DNA from: an uncultured Planctomycetales bacterium
Lineage (GTDB): Bacteria; Planctomycetota; Phycisphaerae; UBA1845; PWPN01
NCBI GenBank assembly: GCA_964586235.1
Contig: CAZPIO010000008.1
Span: 19,893-83,892, forward strand
DNA length: 64,000 nt
Direction of reading: 5' to 3'
Positions 27,150 to 36,021 of this stretch are shown here, in pieces (position 1 is the first letter of the stretch; every line of letters starts with the position of its first letter). The notes under the pieces were generated by a model. That model saw only the letters and a list, made by a program, of their open reading frames with translations, did not search any database and was not told where the DNA came from. Made by a program: the position numbers and the translations under genes.

Positions 27150-29009
27150 TCAGACGTTGAACGCCCGGCACCAGTGCTCGAACATCAGCAGCGACCATAT
27201 CTTGCGGCTGAAGTCGCGCATGCCCATGCCGTGCCCCCGAATGATGTCGGCGATTGCGTCGCGGGCCAGGTAGCGGGTGCATCTGCTGTTCGGAGACAGA
27301 AGAAGATCCATCGCGTAAGGCTGCAACTCATTGCGGAACCAGTGCTTGATCGGTATGCCGAAGCCCATTTTCCGGCGACCAAGAGTCTCCGAGGGAACGT
27401 GCGGCGCCAGCAATCGTTTGAGCAGATACTTCCCGCTGTTGTTCCGCATCTTCAGGTTGACGGGCATTGAATTGACAAGTTCGACAACGTGATGATCGAG
27501 GAGCGGAACGCGCACCTCCAGCGAATTCCGCATCGACATGCGGTCCACCTTGACCAGGATGTCATCGGGCAGGTAATTCTTCTGGTCGACATGCTGGCGG
27601 AGCGACACTTCGTCCCTTCCGTTGGCCTCCGCAAACTGCCGTTCAAAGCATCGGGCGGTTCTGGAGGCTACGTCGGCCCCGTGCCCGGCGAGTAAGGTTC
27701 GTCGGTCCGCGAGGGTGAACTCGCTCATCTCCGCCTGGTACCGCCCGAGACGGTCGTACCCGAATCGTTCCACCATCCCCCGGCCCCACAGGGTCTGCGG
27801 CATGACGGTCAACAGCAGCGTGCTGAGAACCTGCCGGGGCCGCAAGGGCACACCGTCCAGGCACCGGCGGAGACGTCCCTCTCGATAACGCGTGTAGCCC
27901 GCGAACGTTTCGTCCCCCCCGTCTCCGGACAGGCACACTGTCACGTGCCGTCTGGCCTCCCGGCAGATGTAGTAGGTGGGCAGCGACGAAGGATCACCGA
28001 AAGGCTCATCCAGATAGTAGGCCAGATCACTCAGCACGGAGATATCATCGTCCCGGACCGTGATTTCGTGGTGATCCGTGTGATAGCGCCCCGCCATCAG
28101 CCGGGCGTACCGCAGTTCGTCGAAGTCCGGCTCGTCGAACCCCACGGAGAACGTCTTAACGGGCGCGCCCAGTTCCTGGCTGGCCAGGGCAACTACCGCG
28201 CTCGAATCGATCCCACCGCTGAGAAAGATCCCCAGCGGCACGTCGGCCCGCAGACGGAGCCGGACCGCCTCCCGAAGGACCGCCTCCACCCGCTCTGCCC
28301 ACTCTTGCTCATCGCTGACGGTCTCGTCGACCCGGAAGTCCACATCCCAGTACTGCGTCATGGAAACGCGGCCGTTCTTCCACCGCATCCAGTGCCCTGG
28401 CGGCAGCTTCTCGATGCCCGTGAATATGGATCGATCCGTGGGCACGCACGTGTATGTGAGGTAATCATCCACGGCACCGATGTTGAGTTCTCGCGGGACG
28501 GCGGGGTCCTCGAGAATCGCCTTCAACTCGCTGGCGAAGACAAGTCGCCCGTCCCGAAGATGATAGAAGAGCGGTTTCTTGCCGAGACGGTCGCGAGCGA
28601 TGAAGACCGACTGGTCCCGGCCGTCCCAGACCGCCAGTGCACACATCCCCATGAAATGCTCGAGGCAGCCGGAACCGTACTGCTCGTATGCATGCACGAT
28701 CACCTCTGTGTCTGATTCCGTGCGGAATACGTGACCGAGCCGCTCCAGAGTCGTACGCAGTTCGCGATAGTTGTATATCTCCCCGTTCAGGACGACACCG
28801 ATCGAGCCGTCTTCGCTGTAAATCGGCTGGTCGCCCGTTTGCAGATCGATGATGCTCAAACGCCGGTGCCCCAGCCCGACGTTCCGCTTGACCAGGTATC
28901 CTTCGCCGTCCGGGCCACGATGGATCAGCCGCCGGGTCGCGCGCCGAAGCAGGTCTTCGTCGACTCGGCCAAGCGGATCGGCCTCGCATATGCCCACGAT
29001 GCCGCACAT
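27150..29009 (-). CDS. asnB: Asparagine synthase (glutamine-hydrolysing)-type amidotransferase, EPS/exosortase-system associated
   Basis: N-terminal nucleophile 'MCGIVGI', PP-loop 'FLSGGIDSSAVVA', full 619-aa length. Embedded between glycosyltransferases. Confidence 0.9.
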   Translation of the reverse strand: MCGIVGICEADPLGRVDEDLLRRATRRLIHRGPDGEGYLVKRNVGLGHRRLSIIDLQTGDQPIYSEDGSIGVVLNGEIYNYRELRTTLERLGHVFRTESDTEVIVHAYEQYGSGCLEHFMGMCALAVWDGRDQSVFIARDRLGKKPLFYHLRDGRLVFASELKAILEDPAVPRELNIGAVDDYLTYTCVPTDRSIFTGIEKLPPGHWMRWKNGRVSMTQYWDVDFRVDETVSDEQEWAERVEAVLREAVRLRLRADVPLGIFLSGGIDSSAVVALASQELGAPVKTFSVGFDEPDFDELRYARLMAGRYHTDHHEITVRDDDISVLSDLAYYLDEPFGDPSSLPTYYICREARRHVTVCLSGDGGDETFAGYTRYREGRLRRCLDGVPLRPRQVLSTLLLTVMPQTLWGRGMVERFGYDRLGRYQAEMSEFTLADRRTLLAGHGADVASRTARCFERQFAEANGRDEVSLRQHVDQKNYLPDDILVKVDRMSMRNSLEVRVPLLDHHVVELVNSMPVNLKMRNNSGKYLLKRLLAPHVPSETLGRRKMGFGIPIKHWFRNELQPYAMDLLLSPNSRCTRYLARDAIADIIRGHGMGMRDFSRKIWSLLMFEHWCRAFNV

Positions 29010-29028
29010 CAGATCACGTCCGATCGAA

Positions 29029-30249
29029 TCAACAGTCGCGGAAAAGACGCTCGAACTGAGGCATCACCGCCTCGACCGCGTGGTGTTCTCCGAAGTACTT
29101 GAGCGCATTGCGAGATACCCGGTTCCATGATGCCGGTGAGGCAAGCAACTGCCGGATCCCGGCGATGAGGGCCGGAACGTCACGGGCCGCCTCGCCGAGG
29201 CCCCGCTCAACTATGAGATCATCCGGATCGAAGGTCGACACAACCGGCACCCCGTGGCTCCATGCCTCAAGGAACGTATTCGGAAAACCCTCGAAGACCG
29301 ACGTGCAGCACAGCACGGCCGCACTTCGGTAGAACCCGCCCATCTCCGAGTGCGGCACTCGTCCGTGCATCCGTACGTTCGCGAGACCGTCAGCTCGCCG
29401 GAGGAGTGCCGAGACATACGCCGACTGAGTGTTGGCGCCGCCCACGACCGCAAACATGAGGTCGGGACACTGCTCCGCGATCTCCAGCAGCCATTCCAGC
29501 CTCTTCTCCTCGCTGATCCGGCCGACCCAGAGCACACAGCCTGGGTCCGCCGGCGACGGCCGAGGGGCTTCGCGCTGGCAGGCGTCGGGGACCTCGCACG
29601 GCATGGGGAGCACCGTGCTGGGTATGCCGAATCCCTCCCACAGCTTCTCCTGCTGGCCTCGGGTCTGAACGATGACACGGTGAGAGTGCCGCAATCCGTA
29701 CCGGTACAGGAATCGCTCCCGAAAGGGCTCGAGACAGGATAGCCGAGGATCGCAGGCCGGATCGCTGGCGACTGAATACACGACGGTCCGCCGGTATCGC
29801 CGACACCAGAGAGCGATCTGGCCGAGTCCGAGATCCCCGCAGTTGTAGTAGTAAAGGTCGGCGTCGGCCTTGCGCAATGCCCGGTGAAGACTCGTCCACC
29901 GTGGGTGAACGAACCGCAAGGTGGGCCAGCCGGCGTCCCGCCGGCACATCTTGATCACCCGCACGCCATCAATGACCTCTTCCGGCGGGCCGGCCTCATG
30001 CCACGTCACCATGCTGACCCGCCAGCCGCGCGACGCAAGCCATCGCGCCATAAGCGACTGCTGTCGCTCGATTCCCCCGATGTGGCCGGTGCAGGTGCGC
30101 GCCAACGCTCCGTAGGCGTTGTGCGCAACAAAACAGACACTGGGCGAGCCGGCCCTCTTCCGCCGGCCGACGGAACAAGCCCCGTCAGGCCCCATGGTCG
30201 GCACCTTCCCGGCGCTGCATTGCTTCACCTGGACGCGCGGACAAGTCAC
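29029..30249 (-). CDS. Glycosyltransferase family 4 (GT-B, group 1)
   Basis: 'VLCCTSVFEGFPNTFLEAWSHGVPVVSTFDPDDLIVERGLG' donor-binding motif. The start may be the internal ATG at 30195. Confidence 0.8.
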   Translation of the reverse strand: MTCPRVQVKQCSAGKVPTMGPDGACSVGRRKRAGSPSVCFVAHNAYGALARTCTGHIGGIERQQSLMARWLASRGWRVSMVTWHEAGPPEEVIDGVRVIKMCRRDAGWPTLRFVHPRWTSLHRALRKADADLYYYNCGDLGLGQIALWCRRYRRTVVYSVASDPACDPRLSCLEPFRERFLYRYGLRHSHRVIVQTRGQQEKLWEGFGIPSTVLPMPCEVPDACQREAPRPSPADPGCVLWVGRISEEKRLEWLLEIAEQCPDLMFAVVGGANTQSAYVSALLRRADGLANVRMHGRVPHSEMGGFYRSAAVLCCTSVFEGFPNTFLEAWSHGVPVVSTFDPDDLIVERGLGEAARDVPALIAGIRQLLASPASWNRVSRNALKYFGEHHAVEAVMPQFERLFRDC

Positions 30250-30282
30250 GAACCCTCTCCTCGCCGGTCATCGTTCGCGGGA

Positions 30283-31887
30283 TCACACGCTCTCGACGGT
30301 GAGTTGCCCGAAGGTGCGTCTCAACGCCCGAGCCGCCCTGCCCCGGAAGCTCGGCGGCACGACGAACCGCCAGTAAAGCAGCGACAGAATCAGCATCGCG
30401 CTGCCCGCGCCGAGCAGGAGCGCTCGATACGCGTTATCGGCACAGAACGCCCGCCCCAGGACCAGGATGACGGCGAACGGCACGGCACAAAGCAGCGGTC
30501 CACGGTTGATCTCGGAGAGGTAGCGGCGCAGCGGCATTCCGACCCTGCGGCATGCGTACAAGGGAACGTACACCCCATTCACGAGGGCCAGCGGCAGGGA
30601 TATTGAGACGGCAGCGCCGATCAGACCCCAGCGAAGCACGCCGACGGCCAGGACACCCAGTACCACCGAGCACAAAGCCGCTGCCAGGCCGGCAATCGCG
30701 AGCCGGCCGTGGGCGTTCAGTCCCGCAAGAATGCCCATCACCGGCTGCCGGGTCATTTCCGTCAGATGGCCTATCGCCAGGATCGCCAGCACCCAGCCCA
30801 ATTGGTACCTCGGCCCCATCCAGATATACAGTATCGGATCTCCCATGATAGCCAGCAGGAGCACGACAGGCAGCGACAGGTATGTCGCGAGACGAGAGGT
30901 CGTGACCAGCAGCGCCCGCAACTCCTCGCGTCGGTCGGCCGCCTGCAGTGATCCGGCCATCGGCGTCAGCACGAAGCCAAACTTGTTGATGAAGGTCTGG
31001 GCATGACTGACCAGCGATCGCGAGCGGGAGTACACCGCCAGGGGAGCCGGCCCGAGAACGGTCATAATAATCAGGCTGTTTGTCTGGTAGAGCAGGAGAC
31101 GCGAGAGACTGCCCGCCAGCGTCTTGCTGCCGAAGACCAGCATCTCCAATGCCTGACGCCAACGCACGTGCGACAGCCTCACGGACAGCCCCGGGCACAC
31201 GCGGTACGCCATCATGGCCCGGGTGATCTCGGTGGCGATGACGCCGATGAGATAGGCGGTTGCCTGGCTCCGCAGACCGCCGCCGGCGATCAACAGGCCG
31301 ATCATGGCGACGACTGTCAGTGCGTAGAACAGGGCGTTGATGCCGTTATGCAGGTCCCAGCGATGACAACCCGTGATGACTCCACGATACGAGTCGAAGG
31401 CCATCTGCACGGCCAGGCCCATGCCCAGAAGAAAGACCACCCAGCGGGCATCGCCGACCTGCTCGCGCAGTTGTCCGCTGAGCAGGGATGGAACCAGCCA
31501 GGTCGCCAGGCAGGTCAGCAGCAGGACGATCACCGTCGCCACCGCCTGCACACACATGACCGAGGCAACCGCCCGGTTGACCCCGGCCTGATCGCCCTGC
31601 GCCCGGTGCCGGGCAACGAATCTGTTGACCGAGGAACCGATGCCTCCCTGAGCAAGGCTGAGATAGCTCACCAGCGACCATCCGAAGTCCCATACGCCGA
31701 GGGCGGCCTGTCCGATGTGCCGATCCATGAACCGAGGCATCACGAATCCGGCAACGACGAACACCATCTGCCCGGCCCAACTGGCGAAGACATTCCACGC
31801 CATGCGCTCGCGACCGGTCAGGTCTTCGGCGGGCGGCGATGGCTGCCCGCTCGGATCAGGCAATGATTCGGTAAGGGGATCGGACAT
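30283..31887 (-). CDS. Polysaccharide/oligosaccharide flippase (Wzx-like, MOP superfamily)
   Basis: 534-aa protein with ~12-14 predicted TM helices across its length. Its position within the EPS operon fits this role. Confidence 0.75.
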   Translation of the reverse strand: MSDPLTESLPDPSGQPSPPAEDLTGRERMAWNVFASWAGQMVFVVAGFVMPRFMDRHIGQAALGVWDFGWSLVSYLSLAQGGIGSSVNRFVARHRAQGDQAGVNRAVASVMCVQAVATVIVLLLTCLATWLVPSLLSGQLREQVGDARWVVFLLGMGLAVQMAFDSYRGVITGCHRWDLHNGINALFYALTVVAMIGLLIAGGGLRSQATAYLIGVIATEITRAMMAYRVCPGLSVRLSHVRWRQALEMLVFGSKTLAGSLSRLLLYQTNSLIIMTVLGPAPLAVYSRSRSLVSHAQTFINKFGFVLTPMAGSLQAADRREELRALLVTTSRLATYLSLPVVLLLAIMGDPILYIWMGPRYQLGWVLAILAIGHLTEMTRQPVMGILAGLNAHGRLAIAGLAAALCSVVLGVLAVGVLRWGLIGAAVSISLPLALVNGVYVPLYACRRVGMPLRRYLSEINRGPLLCAVPFAVILVLGRAFCADNAYRALLLGAGSAMLILSLLYWRFVVPPSFRGRAARALRRTFGQLTVESV

Positions 31888-31926
31888 GGGAGAAGAGAGG
31901 CTGATTGCCGGTCGCTGTTTACATCG

Positions 31927-32919
31927 CTACTGATATCCGTAACGCCGGTTCGTCGCTCCCGCGACACGGTCGAAAACCGCCAGGTCATCCTTTGACAACG
32001 CACTCTTCCATCGTTCGTCAGGCCGGATCTCAGACGTCGAGTCGAGGCGCATGCCGTTGCCGATCACATGATGATCGACCGAACGGAAACCCCGCACCCA
32101 TCGGCTCGGGTCCAGGTCGAGGAAGTCAAGGATCCGGCGGAGTGTACCCTGAGGGTCGGCGCACAGCTCCTCGTAGCGCACTTCAACCCATCGCGAACGG
32201 TCCAAGCCACCGAGCACGTGCTCAACCTCCTCGTTGCTGCGGCGCCAGGCCAGGGCGGCCTGGGCCATGGACAGCCGCTCGGCGTCGCGATCGCCGCCCA
32301 TGCCGCCACCTCGCCTCTCCGGATTATTCGCGTCGGCAAACCGGGCCGGGTCCGTGTAGGTCAGCGCCACCGCCCGGCCGTCGCGGACCAGCCGGATCAC
32401 CTTCAAGTCGAACTCCGGACCGCGCAACAGATACTTGAGGCGAAGTGCAACCTTGGAGGAATCCACGACGGTCTTCGCACCGGTCAGCTCCCGGATGGCG
32501 TCGACCAGGGCCGCGTTTCGACGTCGTATCTCCGGAAACTGCGCCCGCCACACCGGGGACAGCCCGAGCGCGAAGTCCCGACATCGCTCGAACACGGCTC
32601 CCCTGTGCAGGGCTCCGGCCAGACGCCGCGTGAGCCCTCGACCGTTCAATCGGAAGTCGGTGCCCGCATGAGCAATGTCAAACGAGATCCCTCTGAGCCC
32701 CAGGGCGTCGCGAACACGGTTCCAGAACGGGCACTGACGGATGAACTCTCCGCACGAGCAACGGTAATGCTCGACGTCACCCAGACTCGTCGCTTTCAAC
32801 TCTCCGACGCTGCACACGTCCGGATGCGCATTCAGAAGCATGGCCAGCAACGTGGATCCGGAATGGCTGGCGGACAGGATGTAGGCGAGGCGGGTGATCG
32901 GCCTTGAGTTGTCAGACAT
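31927..32919 (-). CDS. Sulfotransferase family protein (PAPS-dependent)
   Basis: 5'-phosphosulfate-binding loop 'ILSASHSGSTLLAMLL'. Later 'VRLVRDGRAVALT' resembles the 3'-phosphate-binding region. I preferred the ATG at 32919 to the TTG at 32943. Confidence 0.75.
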   Translation of the reverse strand: MSDNSRPITRLAYILSASHSGSTLLAMLLNAHPDVCSVGELKATSLGDVEHYRCSCGEFIRQCPFWNRVRDALGLRGISFDIAHAGTDFRLNGRGLTRRLAGALHRGAVFERCRDFALGLSPVWRAQFPEIRRRNAALVDAIRELTGAKTVVDSSKVALRLKYLLRGPEFDLKVIRLVRDGRAVALTYTDPARFADANNPERRGGGMGGDRDAERLSMAQAALAWRRSNEEVEHVLGGLDRSRWVEVRYEELCADPQGTLRRILDFLDLDPSRWVRGFRSVDHHVIGNGMRLDSTSEIRPDERWKSALSKDDLAVFDRVAGATNRRYGYQ

Positions 32920-32953
32920 GGGGAGAGTCAGCGACCCACACAAGCAGCGATAC

Positions 32954-34624
32954 TCAGTTGCCCAATGGGCGTACCTGCACCATGCGGTAGTCCCAGATGG
33001 TGAATCGAACAGGCGGTTTCAACCACCGGCGAAGACCTTCCTGGTGATAGGGCTCCGACGCGTAGACCTCCCCTGCCGGCGACGGGCGGAGTTCATACCC
33101 CGGCCTGCCCGCCAACCGGGCCGGAAGCTTGATCCGGCGGTTGTCACGACGGTCAATCGGGACCTCATAGTCGACGATGTGCGTGACCCCGCAGTCAGCC
33201 AGGTACTCGGGCAACCGCCCCGCGCCGAGAGCTGCCTGGTACTCAAAGCCGTTGATGACACCGTCCAGATTGACCGTGGCCCTGCCGGAAAAGTAGCCGA
33301 AGTAACCCGCGTCCGTCATGGCAAAGACGGCGTTCTCGGGGGTGTGATTCCGGGCCCACATCGCCGCATCGCGCCATACCTCGCGACAGCCGTGACGCCA
33401 GAGATGCTCCACCACCAGTCCGGCCACGCCGGCGCATGCCAGCACGCACACAACGATCCAGCGGGTTGCACGTCCTGCGCCGCGCCTGCGCATCAGATCG
33501 CCGCATGCGGTTGCCACCATAACCGCGGCTACGGGCAGGTAACTGGCGAAATGCCACCATTGCACAAGGTGGTTCAAGAAGGCGACCGAGTAGACGAAGT
33601 GCATCACACAGCCGATCCACAAAACGGCCAGGAGCGAAACCTGGCGCGGCTGCGAGTGATCCTTCAGGAATGAAACGATGCGGTTCTTGAAGCTCTGGTG
33701 CGAGATCGCTACCCAGGCGACGGTTCCCGCGATGAACACCGCCGACGCCAGCCACCAGGGGTGAACGAGCCTGTGAAAGTCCGTACACGGGCGCGGAAAA
33801 GTGCTCTTCAAGGCCCCCGAAATCGGCATGATGTGACCCGTGGACAAGATATTCCAGAGAATATAGGGGGCCGTAAGGATCAGAAAGATCGCCAGCACGG
33901 GGGCACATCCGGCGACGGCGGCAACCACGCTGCGCCAGGCGGGAGAACGGCCGAGATACAGGCAGGCTACACCCGCGAAGATCGCCGCGACGATGAACGC
34001 CATGTCCAGCCTGCCCAGGAAGAGCATCGCGCAAAGCACACCGAGCAGGGCCTTCCTCGAAAACGGCATGGGAACGCTCAGGAGTCTCATCCGCTGATCG
34101 AGGAGAAGCAGCAGGAACAGGATGAACAGCAGCAGACCCGTTTCCAGTCCGTTAAGAAAGACCCGGCTCGCAACCGGATTCACCAGGATAAACAGCGCGA
34201 TCGCACCTGCGAGTCTTCCTGCGCGCGCGCTGACGTACGCCCAGCACATCAGGAGGGTTCCGCCCGCGAGCAATGTGGAGAGCACGGACACAAGCCGGAT
34301 CGGCAGATCGGGGTCATCGGGGCAGGCGGCAAAAATCGGTAGAATGACCCCCATCCAGAGAGGATGAAAGCCGTTGGTGCGGTTGATCCCGTCAAAAGTG
34401 ACGCCGTGTCCGGCCACGATGTTCTGCGCCGTCTTGAAGTAGTAATACGCATCGTCACTGGCGTAGACCGAGACGTCATCAATGGGCGCGTATGCAAGCC
34501 ACACCAGGCGTGCGGCGACGAGGCCGATGATCAGAACCGCCACGAACAGGTTGACCGGGGCCGGTCGAACCGCGCTTCCGGCTGGTGATGCCGTGGTCAT
34601 ACTGGCTGCCGCTATGCCGGGCAT
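32954..34624 (-). CDS. Polytopic membrane protein with C-terminal soluble domain; possible GT-C-fold glycosyltransferase
   Basis: At least 10 hydrophobic helices. An early loop 'YASDDAYYYFKTAQN' resembles the acidic first-loop motif of GT-C enzymes. The ~130-aa C-terminal domain is non-membrane. The functional call is tentative. Confidence 0.5.
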   Translation of the reverse strand: MPGIAAASMTTASPAGSAVRPAPVNLFVAVLIIGLVAARLVWLAYAPIDDVSVYASDDAYYYFKTAQNIVAGHGVTFDGINRTNGFHPLWMGVILPIFAACPDDPDLPIRLVSVLSTLLAGGTLLMCWAYVSARAGRLAGAIALFILVNPVASRVFLNGLETGLLLFILFLLLLLDQRMRLLSVPMPFSRKALLGVLCAMLFLGRLDMAFIVAAIFAGVACLYLGRSPAWRSVVAAVAGCAPVLAIFLILTAPYILWNILSTGHIMPISGALKSTFPRPCTDFHRLVHPWWLASAVFIAGTVAWVAISHQSFKNRIVSFLKDHSQPRQVSLLAVLWIGCVMHFVYSVAFLNHLVQWWHFASYLPVAAVMVATACGDLMRRRGAGRATRWIVVCVLACAGVAGLVVEHLWRHGCREVWRDAAMWARNHTPENAVFAMTDAGYFGYFSGRATVNLDGVINGFEYQAALGAGRLPEYLADCGVTHIVDYEVPIDRRDNRRIKLPARLAGRPGYELRPSPAGEVYASEPYHQEGLRRWLKPPVRFTIWDYRMVQVRPLGN

Positions 34625-36012
34625 GGGTGGCCCTCCGATCTTGCGGCTGCCGGGCGCACCGGCCACGGTATGCCGCTGGCCACCGTGGAAATCCTGCACT
34701 TTTCGCGGTGCAGGCGAAGCGTCAGCCCGATGGCAGCCCACATGCCCACGGCCCACTGGCGGGGGTAGAACGAGTGGCTGCCCATCGAAGCGACGAGCAG
34801 GGCCAGCACCAGCGCGCAGGTTATCCCGCCGACCACCGCGCACCAGGGCTCACGAGAGTCGAGAAAGAGCCGCATCGCGTAAGCCGTCACAAGGATATAG
34901 AACACGATCACCGGTACGAATCCCGCAAGGCCATTGTCCAGAAGGCATTCGAGATAGGCATTGTGCGGATGGTTGAAGTAGAGTCCCTGACTGTCGGCGT
35001 TGAGCCCGGTCCGGATCATCGCCTCGCGACCATAACCGGTTCCCGGCGATTCCATGATCTTGTCAATCACGCTCGGCCAGATCAACAATCGGTCCGACGT
35101 GAGCTCCGCGTGGTCCAGTGTCTTTTCACCGGTCGCGCTGGTGACACCAACACCTTGCAGCATCCTCTCGGCCACGCCCGGCATGGCGATCGCCACCGCA
35201 ATCGGGATCAGCGGGGCAATCAACAGCATCCGGCGCCACTTGAACAGGCACAATATCAGCCCGACGATACCCCACGTGACATAACCCATGCGGCCACCGG
35301 TCAGCGCCTGGGCGTAGGCGACGATCGCAAAAGCGGCGAAAACGAGCACCTGTTGCCATCGCCGTTTCATCAGCGGCATGGTGGCCAGCACGGCCCAGGA
35401 TGCGCCGGCCAGCAGCATGGACACGGTGACCCGACTGTAGCCGATGTTCTTCTGGATGGGCGCGCTCACCATTTCCGCCAGTTCATCCCCGCCGCGAACC
35501 GCCGCGCCGGGAGGCACCTGCCTGATCACCTGGACAGCCAGCAGGAGGTACAGCGCTACGATACATCCGACTGCCCACTTCAACCGCGGACGTGTCCTGC
35601 AGCCGTCAAACAGCAGCAGGCCCGGAATGACCCATTTGACGCTGTTGATCAGATACTCCGTCAACAGATCCAGAAAAGTGAAATACTCGATGCCTGTGGG
35701 ATCGACCATCATCCGGACGAGGCTGACTACAATAACCCCGAGGTACAACAGGAGCAGGGCCGTCATGTGTCGCGGCATGTCCCAGACGAGCCCCTCCCGC
35801 CTGCGCGTGACGACCCAGACCAGCAGGATGACGACCATGAGCAGATTCCACGGGTTCAGACCCGGGATACCCATGATCTTCTTGGGCATGTCTGGGTGCT
35901 CGATCACCGCCATGAGCAGGATCAGCCCGCACAGCGACTTGTACCAGTCGCGCCAGGCGTAGATCGCCAGAGCGATCACCAGCAGTGTCAGTAGAACGAT
36001 GCGAATGGACAT
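34612..36012 (-). CDS. O-antigen ligase/polymerase-like (Wzy_C) membrane protein, exosortase-system associated type
   Basis: 466-aa multi-TM protein. N-terminus 'MSIRIVLLTLLVIALAIYAWRDWYKSL' and a large periplasmic loop are typical of the O-glycosylation-ligase-like proteins found in PEP-CTERM EPS loci. Confidence 0.7.
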   Translation of the reverse strand: MSIRIVLLTLLVIALAIYAWRDWYKSLCGLILLMAVIEHPDMPKKIMGIPGLNPWNLLMVVILLVWVVTRRREGLVWDMPRHMTALLLLYLGVIVVSLVRMMVDPTGIEYFTFLDLLTEYLINSVKWVIPGLLLFDGCRTRPRLKWAVGCIVALYLLLAVQVIRQVPPGAAVRGGDELAEMVSAPIQKNIGYSRVTVSMLLAGASWAVLATMPLMKRRWQQVLVFAAFAIVAYAQALTGGRMGYVTWGIVGLILCLFKWRRMLLIAPLIPIAVAIAMPGVAERMLQGVGVTSATGEKTLDHAELTSDRLLIWPSVIDKIMESPGTGYGREAMIRTGLNADSQGLYFNHPHNAYLECLLDNGLAGFVPVIVFYILVTAYAMRLFLDSREPWCAVVGGITCALVLALLVASMGSHSFYPRQWAVGMWAAIGLTLRLHREKCRISTVASGIPWPVRPAAARSEGHPCPA

Positions 36013-36021
36013 GGGCGATGG